A DNA stretch of 64,000 nucleotides, taken from NCBI RefSeq assembly GCF_044704955.1, contig NC_091989.1, positions 104,966,001 through 105,030,000 of the forward strand, in the 5' to 3' direction. The notes below the pieces were generated by a model. It was given only the letters and a program-made list of their open reading frames with translations. It ran no database searches and had not been told where the DNA came from. Positions within the stretch are counted from its first letter, which is position 1, and every line of letters begins with the position of its first letter. The translations under genes were made by a program, and so were the position numbers. This document shows positions 26,391 to 37,552 of this stretch, piece by piece. Origin of the DNA: Pristiophorus japonicus. Its lineage: Eukaryota.

Positions 26391-27143
26391 CTATGCTGAT
26401 TATTCTGCGCCTGTCCTCGTCCCTTTTGCTGATTTACTGACCTGCTGTTTTAGCCTTATTTTCATTATAGGTAAATAGTCCCTCTCTATCCATGTTAGCC
26501 AGTACTGTAACTGTCTCTTTCCAACTTTTTCCTTGCCAGTCCAAAACCTTTATTTTGTATGTTCTTGCTTGTTGTGGCAACATACAATTTAACAAGGTTT
26601 GCACTGCCAAAGATTCATCTTTTACCCCTTGCCAAGAGGACCCATATGCTGCCTGCAGTAATAATTTCACATCTCCGGGGAGGGGGTTATAAATGGTACA
26701 GGTTTGCTCAAGCCAGTTGTGAAAGGCTACTGGCTTCTTAACAGGATTAGGGGCGGCTGATATATATTTTTTTTAAAACAATTCTCCATATAATCTTTAT
26801 CCCAAGTGGGGTCCCCTGTCCCATTTTTGGTGGTCTGTCTCCATTCCTCAATTAAGGACGATTTAAAACTTCCTCCATATGGCCAATCCACATCAGACCA
26901 ACCGTACAAATCGCTACTAAACGTTACCGCATATCTGTCGTCTCCTGTTTCTTTAATTACAGTGTCCGCCGGCGAGCCGGGCAGCACAATGGGATCTCCT
27001 ACCTTCTCTCGTTGCTTTACTACCTTACTGATTCTTTTCTCAGTCTTAGGATGTACTTTCTTTCTTTCAGTTGAGAGGTCGTCCTTCTTTCTTTTTCTAG
27101 GAGCTGGGCGCGAGCGCCCTGCTCGACTAGAGCCGTTTCCCAT
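26391..27143 (-). pseudogene. gag: ERV gag, shortened and frameshifted
   Basis: MGNGSS myristoylation-type start, matrix-like WPYGGSF, capsid remnants, and a TAG-GGA-TGC readthrough-like context at 26393-26385. No CCHC finger seen. Confidence 0.75.
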
Positions 27144-27457
27144 TCTGCCGGATGCAACGCCTCGCGATCTTTTCTGAAATGAGAGTTAGGATAATCCTAC
27201 AAAATATACAATAATTTACAAAGCGCTCACCGGTATTCTCTTTTCTGCTCAGCTCGGGGTCTCCTTTTGCCTTTTTGTTATTTTAGCTTCTTTGCGGTAG
27301 CTACCTTATGCCTCACCCCCTAGGGGATCTCGGCGGCCCGTCCCCCTTTTGCTAGGATGGCCTAGGCACCTTCCTCCTTTCAGCTAGGAAGGTCCTTAAA
27401 ATTCCTTTTTTCTCTTTAAAAGTTAAAGTTAGTTCTTTTGGATCTCGTTTTTTAGAG

Positions 27458-27476
27458 ATCCTGCCTGACTACGCCA
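27458..27476 (-). promoter_or_regulatory. Primer-binding site, tRNA-Ser-like
   Basis: TGGCGTAGTCAGGCAGGAT, 5 nt after the 5' LTR; complementary to the tRNA-Ser 3' end (TCCTGCCGACTACGCCA) with one extra base. Confidence 0.85.
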
Positions 27477-27481
27477 GAATC

Positions 27482-27943
27482 TGTCGAGGAAATATTAGCT
27501 TAAATTAACTCAGGCGGAGACTTTCAGAACTGCACTTCGAGAGAATTGTATTTTAAAAAGCGAGATATCTCGGAGAGCCTGCTTGGACCGTACCAAGGCA
27601 GAAAACTCTGCCGTACAGGCAAATTGTCCCTATCTTTATACAGAAATTGAATACAGAAATATAAAAGGAATCTTATTCATTAGTCCCGCGAGTACAAAGG
27701 TCGTCTCGGGAGGTACACACTCTATCTATCCTTGCATAGCTTCTCCCTGTTCACAGTCTGATAAGCAGAATAAAAGGAGACTTCCTTTTAATACCAGATG
27801 GTCACTTAATTGCATCTCTAAGTTTCAAGGCTAAAAAAACGTGGCTATTTTTCTAGTCCTATTATTTCTTTAAGCATAGCAAAAACAGAATTTAACCCTT
27901 CCCTTTTCCATAAGCCATAGATTCATAGATTCTTTCTTCCACA
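27482..27943 (-). repeat. ERV 5' LTR (462 bp)
   Basis: Direct repeat of 20831-21272, adjacent to the PBS. Confidence 0.96.
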
Positions 27944-28529
27944 CCAGTTCTGAGGCAGTTGATGTTTCTCCACTGGTTGCAAGGAAGGTTTGATCCTTCA
28001 GGTTGTACTGTGAGGTCTTTATAAGAAATCCATTCTGTATGTCAAAGTTCTTCGAAGCACTTTGCCATCGGTCATCAAGGTTAAGGGGAGATTGCTGAAG
28101 GGCTTCGGCAATGGTCCAAAATGGCCTTCTATATTTGTCATAGGTTGGTGGTATTTTCTTCAAATCAGTCTGGATCATCAGCATGTCTTTGCTGGTGTAC
28201 CGGTTGTATTCTCTGGAGGCTGCATATTCGCATTGTAGGTGTGGTGATGTGATATTTGCCAGCACCGGCAGCCAAGGAGTTGGTGTTGATAAATGCGTAG
28301 TGGGACTAGCTGAAGTGCCCTTGCAGAGAGCCGGCATGGACTCAATGGGCTGAATGGCCTCTTTCTGTGCTGTAACCATTCTATATTTCTATGGAGAAAT
28401 CCACAACGGGAGGTTGATGTGCGAACTGCTCAAAACCTGAAAGATTATTTCTCCTCAAATGAAATTAAATTATGCAACAAATGGATAAGTTCTACCAGAT
28501 TCGCTTGTACATCCTGTGTATTTAAATAG

Positions 28530-28960
28530 AATATATGGAACTGTCATTGGATAGATGGAAACTATACTCTCTGGAGTTTATAAGATGAGAGGTGATCTCA
28601 TTGAAACAAATAACATTCTTTGAGAACTTGTTGAGGTCGATGCTGAGAGGTTGTTTCCCCTGGCTGGAGAGCCTAGAACTAGGGGGCACAGTTTCAGATA
28701 ACAGGTCGACCATTTAAGACCGAGTTGAGGATGATTTTTTTCATTCAGAGGGCTATGAACATTTGGAACTCTCTGCCCTAAAGGGATGCGGATGCTGCAT
28801 CATTGATAATAATTAAAGCTGAGATCAATCGATTCATGAACTCTAAGGTAATAAAGGGATCGGGGATTGGGCGGGAAAGTGGAGTTGAGGTCGAAGATTA
28901 ACCACGATCTTATTGAAGGCTCGAGGGTTCGTAGTACTGGTCTACTACTGCCCTAATTAT
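28530..28960 (+). mobile_element. Old CR1 3' fragment
   Basis: Degenerate LYSLEF-RMRGDLIET sequence and CR1 3' UTR. Confidence 0.7.
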
Positions 28961-29144
28961 TATATACTTATTATGTTCATTTGTTCTATGTGCACCGTGT
29001 CTTCAGCTGCCTAGACCCTAAACTTTGGAATTCCCACCCTAATCCTCTCCTCTTCTGCACCTCTCTCTCTTTCTTTAAGACGTTCCTTGGACCCTACCTC
29101 AACTGGTCCTAATTGTGACTCGGTGTCAAATGTTTGACAACGCA

Positions 29145-32100
29145 AGGGATATGGAGTTAAGTGGGTCACATGAATTTAGGCTGTGCACTTGCGTGCACTG
29201 AGAACTTATTTGAGACTGCCAAACTCATTCCACAAATGAATCTTACAACCCATTGAGAGGGGCTATGTTGTTCTTACCCTCAATACTGGATTGGAACCGA
29301 AGTCCCAGAGCTGATGAGGCAGTGCAGGAATGAAATGCCCCTGTTTGAAACTCGGTCTTATGCCAATTGAACTTTTTTATACACTCACAATTGGGCAGGA
29401 TATCACCGAACATTTCTCTAAATGCCTGGGCTCCCGTATTTGTACTTGATGGTTTCCATTACACTCCCCCCAACCGGAGACTGTAGTTATGGCAGGAGAT
29501 CAGAGAACACCGAGCATGCCACCTCCACAGAAATTCTGCCGCATTACATATTAGATATAAATAGATCCGTGGGGAAGGAATGGAGGAATTCAGATCTTAG
29601 GTTGGGCAGTCAACATGGTGCTGCTGGGAAAAAAAGGACAAAATAATTTTCCAAGTTAATAATGCCCTGATTTAATAAATTGCTATTGCTACAAAGTCGG
29701 ACAAGTACAAAAGTAAGGAAAATATGTTAAGGAAATTGTTTGTAATAAACTGACAAAACAATGCAAACCTATTGAGGGACTCTATTTCCAGCTAAACAGT
29801 GTCTGTAGCCCCAGCGAGTAACAGATGATTGTAGGACTGATATAAGCAGAATTTTCTTCAGGCAAAACATGATCAACAGAGCGAATAGACTTCGGGCAGG
29901 GCAAAAACCCTGGAATTATATAAGACATGCACTCTGAGTTAGGATTTCCTATTGTGTTTCCCCCATCTGTATGGATGTTGTGATCTACACGGAGATACGT
30001 AGTGGTCTGACGAGATGAATTTAAGGAGCTAGAAGCTAAATTAAAAAGTAGGACCTCAAAAGTAGTAATCTCGGGATTGCTACCAGTGCCATGTGCTAGT
30101 CAGAGTAGGAATCGCAGGATAGCTCAGATGAATGTGTGGCTTCAGCAGTGGTGCAGCAGGGAGGGATTCAAATTCCTGGGGCATTGGAACCGGTTCTGGG
30201 GGAGATGGGACCAGTACAAACTGGATGGTCTGCACCTAGGCAGGACCAGAACTAATGTCTTAGGGGGAGTGTTTGCTAGTGCTTTTGGGGAGGAGTTAAA
30301 CTAATATGGCAGGGGGATGGGAACCAATGCAGGGAGACAGAGGGAAACAAAATGGAGACAGAAGCAAAAGACAGAAAGGAGATGAGTAAAATTGGAGGGC
30401 AGAGAAACCCAAGGCGAAAAACAAAAAGGGCCACTTTACATCAAAATTCTAAAGGGTCAAAGTGTATTATAAAGACAAGCCTGAAGGCTCTGTGCCTCAA
30501 TGCGAGGAGTATTCGAAATAAGGTGGATGAATTAACTGTGCAGATAGCAGTAAACGGATACGATGTGGTTGGCATCACGGAGACATGGCTCCAGGGTGAC
30601 CAAGGTTGGGAACTCAACATCCAAGGGTATTGAACATTTAGGAAGGATAGACAGAAAGGAAAAGGAGGCGGGATGGCATTGCTGGTTAAAGAGGAAATTA
30701 ATGCAATTGTAAGGAAAGACATTAGCTTGGATGATGTGGAATCAGTATGGGTGGAGCTACGGAATACCAAAGGGCAGAAAACGCTAGTGGGAGTTGTGTA
30801 CAGACTTCCAAACAGTAGTAGTGATGTTGGGGAGGGCATCAAACAGGAAATTAGGGATGCATGCAATAAAGGTGCAGCAGTTATCATGGGTGACTTTAAT
30901 ATGCATATAGATTGGGCTAACCAAACTGGAAATGATACGGTGGAGGAGCATTTCCTGGAGTGCATAAGGGATGGTTTTCTAGACCAATAGGGTAACTTTG
31001 AAGGTATGAGGCGTGAATTGGCTAGGATAGATTGGCGAATGATATTTAAGGGGTAGATAGTGGATGGGCAATGGCAGGCATTTAGAGACCGCATGGATGA
31101 ACTACAACAATTGTACATCCCTGTCTGGCGTAAAAATAAAAAAGGGAAGGAGGCTCAACCGTGGCTATCAAGGGAAATCAGGGATAGTATTAAAGCTAAG
31201 GAAGTGGCATACAAATTGGCCAGAAATAGTAGTGAACCTGGGGACTGGGAGAAAATTAGAACTCAGCAGAGGAGAACAAAGGGTTTGATTAGGGCAGGGA
31301 AAATAGAGTACGAGAGGAAGCTTGCAGGGAACATTAAAATGGACTGCAAAAGCTTCTATAGATATGTAAAGAGAAAAAGGTTAGTAAAGACAAACGTAGG
31401 TCCCCAGCAGTCAGAATCAGGGGGAAGTCATAACTGTGAACAAAGAAATGGCAGACCAATTGAACAAGTACTTTGGTTCGGTATTCACTAAGGAGGACAC
31501 AAACAACCTTCCGGATATGAAAGGGGTCAGAGGGTCTAGTAAGAAGGAGGAACTGAGGGAAATCCTTATTAGTTGGGAAATTGTGTTGGGGAAATTGATG
31601 GGATTGAAGGCCGATAAATCCCCAGGGCCTGATGGTCTGCATCCCAGAGTACTTAAGGAGGTGGTCTTGGAAATAGCGGATGCATTGACAGTCATTTTCC
31701 AACATTCCATAGACTCTGGATCAGTTCCTATGGAGTGCAGGGTAGCCAATGTAACCCCACTTTTTAAAAAAGGAGGGAGAGAGAATACAGCGAATTTTAG
31801 ACCGGTCAGCCTGACATCGGTAGTAGGTAAAATGATGGAATCAATTATTAAGAATGTCATAGCAGCGCATTTGGAAAGAGGTAACATGATAGGTCCAAGT
31901 CAGTATAGATTTGTGAAAGGGAAATCATGCTTGACAAATCTTCTGGAATTTTTTGAGGATGTTTCCAGTAGAATGGACAAGGGAGAACCAGTTGATGTGG
32001 TGTATTTGGACTTTCAGAAGGCTTTCGACAAGGTTGCACACAAGAGATTAATGTGCAAAGTTAAAGCACATGGGATTGGGGGTAGTGTGCTGACGTGGAT

Positions 32101-33860
32101 TGAGAACTGATTGGCAGACAGGAAGCAAAGAGTAGGAGTAAATGTGTACTTTTCAGAATGGCAGGCAGTGACTAGTGGGGTACCGCAAGGTTCTGTGCTG
32201 GGGCCCCAGCTGTTTACATTGTACATTAATGATTTAGACGAGGGGATTAAATGTAGTATCTCCAAATTTGCAGATGACACTAATTCGGGTGGCAGTGTGA
32301 GCTGCGAGGAGGATGATATGAGGCTGCAGAGTGACTTGGATAGGTTAGGTGAGCGGGCAAATGCATGGCAGATGAAGTATAATGTGAATAAATGTGAGGT
32401 TATCCACTTTGGTTGTAAAAACAGAGAGACAGACTATTATCTGAATGGTGACAGTTTAGGAAAAGAGGAGGTGCAACGAGACCTGGGTGTCATGGTACAT
32501 CAGGCATTGAAGGTTGGCATGCAGATACAGCAGGCGGTTAAGAAGGCAAATGTCATGTTGGCCTTCATAGCGAGGGGATTTGAGTACAGGGGTGGGAGGT
32601 GTTACTACAGTTGTACAGGGCCTTGGTGAGGCCACACCTGGAGTATTGTGTACAGTTTTGGTCTCCTAACTTGAGGAAGGACATTCTTGCTATTGACGGA
32701 GTGCAGCGAAGGTTCACCAGACTAATTCCCTGAATGGCGGGACTGACATATCAAGAAAGACTGGATCAACAGGGCTTGTATTCACTGGAGTTCAGAAGAA
32801 TGAGAGGGGATTTCATAGAAAATTCTGACGGGTTTAGACAGGTTAGATGCAGGAAGAATGTTCCTAATGTTGGAGAAGTCCAGAACCAGGGGTCACAGTC
32901 TAAGGATAAGGGGTAAGCCATTTAGGACCGAGATGAGGAGAAACTTCTTCACCCAGAGAGTGGTGAACCTGTGGAATTCTCTACCACAGAAAGTTGTTGA
33001 GGCCAAGTCACTAAATATATTCAAAAAGGAGTTAGATGTAGTCCTTACTACTAGGGGGATCAAGGGGTATGGTGAGAAATCAGAAATGGGGTACTGAAGT
33101 TGTATGTTCAGCCATGAACTCATTGAATGGTGGTGCAGGCTCGAAGGGCCGAATGGCCTACTCCTGCACCTATTTTCTATGTTTCTATGTTTCTATCAAT
33201 ACAACCCTATCGTGACGTGATAACTATTCCAGCCCTCGGTTCGCGCTCTGGAGAAAGTACATTAGGGAAAGCTGCATGATCTGAAATCTCCCCCACACAA
33301 ACTGAAATGCTGAGTTGGCAACTGGAATGCGCGGGTTCTAATCTATAGATTAGCAGCATCCAGTCTGCCGTCTGTGTAGATAACGGAGATATTTCAATAT
33401 ATTATGTAGATCTCCTCAATATGCACCGATAATTTTGGAATGTTTCGCAATATATGAAATATCCGAAAAACGACCAATTTTGAAAGAAACACACAAAATG
33501 TTTAACACCGCCAAGATTATTAATGAATAAAAAGAGACGGTTCCACTGTTCGTGCAGACAGGGTTGCGCTCTCTCCGATATATTCGGACAGAAACCTCAC
33601 TTGGGGTCACTGCTGTCAACCACAATCCGCGCCAGGATCTGATACCTCCATTGGGAACAGTGACGCGGGGCTCCCTGTATGTTACCGATCCTGGGAGACT
33701 CGGCCCTCTTTGCCTACCGTTCCCAATACATCCCGTCATACTGCTGTGCGCCGTAAAACAATTTATAAAGTAGATGCAACCACAAAGTTTAAAAAACGAC
33801 AGCGCGGATAACTAATGTGACAGCAGGATTGTAACAAACATACCCAGGGTGGGTAAATGA
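29145..33860 (+). repeat. Intragenic duplicate of intron segment about 17525-19808 (interrupted here by a CR1)
   Basis: 29145-29990 aligns to 17525-19195 (minus the RTE), and 33200-33860 aligns to 19200-19808. Confidence 0.9.
30009..33196 (+). mobile_element. CR1 LINE, 5'-truncated within ORF1, ORF2 disrupted
   Basis: ORF1 esterase end DGLHL; endonuclease LNARS, GITETW, MGDFN; RT; (TTTCTATG)n tail; stops and an internal deletion of about 200 bp near 30990. Confidence 0.95.
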
Positions 33861-35220
33861 GACTATAGCCCGATTTACACTATCTCACCAAGTCAAAATC
33901 TACCCCAAAGTGAGCTAATTATTGGCTGATTTCTGGAGGGGAGATTCCCTCTAGCTAACCTTTTAGAAAACTACAATTTCACTGGAAATTGCAAACACAG
34001 GTGTGGAGCAATGTTGGGCTGGTCGCGGCGTGTCGCAACGTTGTTAACATTGGCATGAAAGGTAAGTCTTCTTTTGGAACAGCGTTTTTCAATAGAAACA
34101 AACCCACAAGGGACCTCTGTGAACACATTTACTATGTCCCTGCACATAGCGGCCGCAGGGAACCCTCCTTCACGTTCTTCTCCACACTACACAGAGGAGT
34201 TTACCGTTCGATCGCCGAAAGTTCGGCTGAAGAGCCGCGGAACTTCCGTTTTTTCCATGGTTTGAGCGGCTTCTCCGCCGAAGTTACGGCGAACCAGCGG
34301 GAGAATCTCGGTGGAAATATTTAAGATGTCCTCGTGAAATGAGGAATCGTCCTTTGTTTTGATTACTGGAATGTTAGCAGGTCGTTGATAATCATGTGTA
34401 CAGGAGGTATATGGCATGTGCGAAAGTTTCAAGATGTTTGGAAAGGAATGGAATGTATTGGAGCAGAAATAAGCATCTCACCTGTTCTGACGCGAAGTCT
34501 TAAAGAGCTGAGGAGAGCACAGGGTTTTCAGGACGTGGAATATCCTTTCAGAAACAGTGGTGGAAGCAGAGTCTATCATTTTTTTTAAGTCATGTGGATA
34601 AATACGTCAACGGGACTAACTGGCCTCATGTGTCAGAGCCGACACACGCACACTGAGCCGAATGGACTCCAGCACTGTAACGTATGATTTTATAACCGGA
34701 TAACTATGATTCGGTAAATAGAGCACACAGATTTAAGATCATTGCCAAAAGAACCAGAGAGGAAATGAGAAAAAATGTTTTACAAGGCTAGTTGTTATGA
34801 TCTATAATGCACTGCCTGGAAGGGTGCTGCCAGCAGATTCAATAATAACTTTCAAACGGGAATTGGATGTACATTTGAAAAGGAATGTTTAGCAGAGCTA
34901 TGGGGAAAGAGCAGAGATGTGGGACTAACGGGATAGCTCTTTCAGAGAGCCGGCACAGGCAAGCTGGGCCCAATGGCCTCCTTCTGTGCTCCATTATTCT
35001 ATGATTCTACCAAATATGGCACTTTTCTCTCTCCGTTTCGGTGCCCGTGTCATTTCTAGCTTAATATTTAGTAATATTCGAAAACACAGAAATTAACAAT
35101 GTTCGGATGAAACACTTTGTGAAACGGACCCGTCCTAAACTCGTGTTTTAAATTATAAACTACAGAAATAACATAATAATTAGTATTTCAAACACAAACT
35201 GATGTTCTTTTTCCCCCAAG

Positions 35221-35511
35221 CTCGACCACTCCTCTGAGCATCGACTTGGTTGGGTCTGAGTTCCGCCCACCCATTTCTCCGACTCTCGTGTATAAAACAG
35301 CGAAGTTTTACGCTGAAGATCTCAATGTGACTTGGTATAAAAACAACGAAAAGCTTGTAACCGGGGACAATACTAAACAGCGCAGCGCGGTGGGCCTGTA
35401 TGAGGTTTGCAGCACTTTCAAAGAAACGGCGCATGTCCGCAGTCTATACAGCTGTACAAGTGTCTCATGTCTCTCTTCAGACTCCAGCCAGTGTTAATTA
35501 CAGCGTCGAAG
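35221..35511 (+). pseudogene. Second C1-set exon, inactivated
   Basis: Good acceptor TTTTTCCCCCAAG| and donor G|GTACC. Restored sequence PTLVYKTAKFYAEDLNVTWYKN...GLYEVCSTF...YSCQVSHVSLQTP. It has a -1 frameshift near the start (in-frame TGA), Cys to Tyr in the B strand, and a +1 frameshift near 35456. Confidence 0.88.
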
Positions 35512-36025
35512 GTACCGTCAATACATTTTTCAGAAACGTTCGCTCCTTTACAGTTTTTCTGAATACAGGGACACGTTGTGAACACTTTTGTTACAGTTTG
35601 ATGTTACTGCAATGGTTTATTACATTGAGGGTCTGTTTGTCAGATTGTGAATTGTTTCATTTGTAGGCATTGTATTTGAATATTTTTTTGAATCATATCG
35701 GTATGGCCTTTACATGATTCGTTCTGATCCTAAAATCATAGAATCATAGAAATTTACAGCCCATCGTGTCCGCGCCGGCCGACAAAGAACTATCCAGCCT
35801 AATCCCACTACCCAGCTTTTGGTCCGTAGCCCTGTAGGTTAAAGCACTACAAAACAAAGTGCTCCCATCATGAAAAGAAAAGTAATTTAAAGAAATACCT
35901 TCAGGACGACGAGTAATTCGTTTTCAGATACGTTTTAAATGATCCCGTGTACCTCTGGGTTTTCTTGCTGGTTTAATTGACATTATTGCCCGTTGGCTTT
36001 TATCTCCGCAACTCTGTGTTTGCAG

Positions 36026-36129
36026 GTGCTGTGTGTTTGGCGCCTCGACATTTCGGGAGTGTATTGGTCATAATGGTGCTGGTGGCCATCGTTGGGAATT
36101 ATTGTAAGCTGAAGTACTGTCAAAGGTGA
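36026..36129 (+). CDS. Probable transmembrane exon: GAVCLAPRHFGSVLVIMVLVAIVGNYCKLKYCQR*
   Basis: Acceptor TGTGTTTGCAG|; the phase-1 frame gives a hydrophobic run followed by basic and Cys residues. Donor AAG|GTGAG at 36125 overlaps an in-frame TGA. Confidence 0.62.
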
Positions 36130-36695
36130 GACACAGGTTTATTACCAGAGCGCATCGTCGCTTTACAGATCAAATTTTTGTTGTAAATCAACAGATAACG
36201 TCGCGTTAAATGATCGGAGACATTTGGACCACAATTTATACATTGGAAGTAAGAGGATGTCTATCCTGGGGCAGTGGTTGGTGCAGAGTTGTGTCAACAC
36301 TATCGCCAGACCAACAGTATCTCACAAGAGACAACGATCTTCGCTGGTCCTTGTGGCTCAGCAACGTTACGAAGATATTTGGAGGATTCCCATGTTCTGG
36401 GGAAATAGCAGAAGTGTTTTAAGAGACGCCGCTTAGGATTTCACTAGAAATAGCAACCAGAGGACCCACCACCCCGGGTATTAAAGGGGAATACAAATAC
36501 AACCGCATCGTTATCGGACCAATTTTTTGTTTCACAACAATTATTTTAAAGGAGGATGAATTGCTCTGGTGATTGTGTGGGGACGTGTTAAATGCATTTC
36601 AGAGTGTTTGTGAATTGGCTGCACCTAGCCAGAGCGGGTTCCTCCCACTGCATTCACTTACCCGGACTGTTCAGCTGTGAAGCTGGTTTTCTTGG

Positions 36696-37552
36696 TTCAA
36701 TACACATTGTGTCCATCAGCCGGTCCAGGCAGCGGGCGGTCGAGGGGGTCGTTCAACCTGACTGCCTGCCTCTCTTCTGCTCTTACATCCGAGCCAGGGT
36801 GTCCCTGGAGATGGAGCACGCGGTGTCCACCGGTACGCTCGCAGCCTTCCGCGAGAGGTGGGCACCGGAGGGACTGGAGTGCATCATCACGCCCGGCAAC
36901 CAAATTTTAATTTGATTTTACGTTTTAAAGTTTAATTTGTTTTAATTGCCGGTGCTTTTAGTGTCCCCCTCTCCTTTTATAAGGGGCACTGGAAAAAGGA
37001 AAAATTTGATTTTAGTGCCCAAAAAAAACAAAAAAGAAAAAAGAAAAAAGAAAAAAAGGACCTTCTAAATGTCTGGTGTGTCATCCAGGTCGGGTGGCAC
37101 GGATAAATGTTTTATGTTTTGCAGGTAGACTCTAAAAGAGTTTCAATACACATTGTGTCCATCAGCCGGTCCAGGCAGCGGGCGGTCGAGGGGGTCGTTC
37201 AACCTGACTGCCTGCCTCTCTTCCGCTCTTACATCCGGTCCAGGGTGTCCTTGGAGATGGAGCATGCGGTGTCCACCAGTACGCTCGCGGCCTTCCGTGA
37301 GAGGTGGGCACCGGAGGGACTGGAGTGCATCATCACGCCCGGCAACCAAATTTTAATTTGATTTTACGTTTTAAAGTTTAATTTGTTTTAATTGCCGGTG
37401 CTTTTAGTGTCCCCCTCCCCTTTTATAGGGGGCACTGGAAAAAGGAAAAAGAGGGCCTTGTAAATATATGGTGTGTCATCCAGGGCGGGTGCCACCGATG
37501 AATGTTTTTGTTTTACAGGTAAACTCCAAAAAGAGTTTCAATACACATTGTG
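36696..37552 (+). mobile_element. Two tandem Tx1/L1-clade 3' fragments
   Basis: Each encodes SISRSRQRAVEGVVQPDCLPLF...GNQILI*; TTCAATACACATTGTG occurs at 36696, 37142 and 37537. Confidence 0.88.

Larger units (their letters stand above)
20831..27943 (-). mobile_element. Endogenous retrovirus with epsilon-like pol, internally deleted, both LTRs present
   Basis: TG...CA LTRs, TSD CCAGT at 20826-20830 and 27944-27948, PBS, PPT, and gag-pro-pol-env order. Confidence 0.96.
20660..28300 (-). mobile_element. I-group (Ingi/Vingi-like) LINE 3' fragment split by the ERV (pieces about 20660-20830 and 27949-28300)
   Basis: STPTPWLPVLANITSPHL on one side and RCWHLLHRWKIKASPS.DCGAPNQT (CCHC-knuckle remnant) on the other side of the provirus. 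Clade assigned from recall. Confidence 0.6.
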
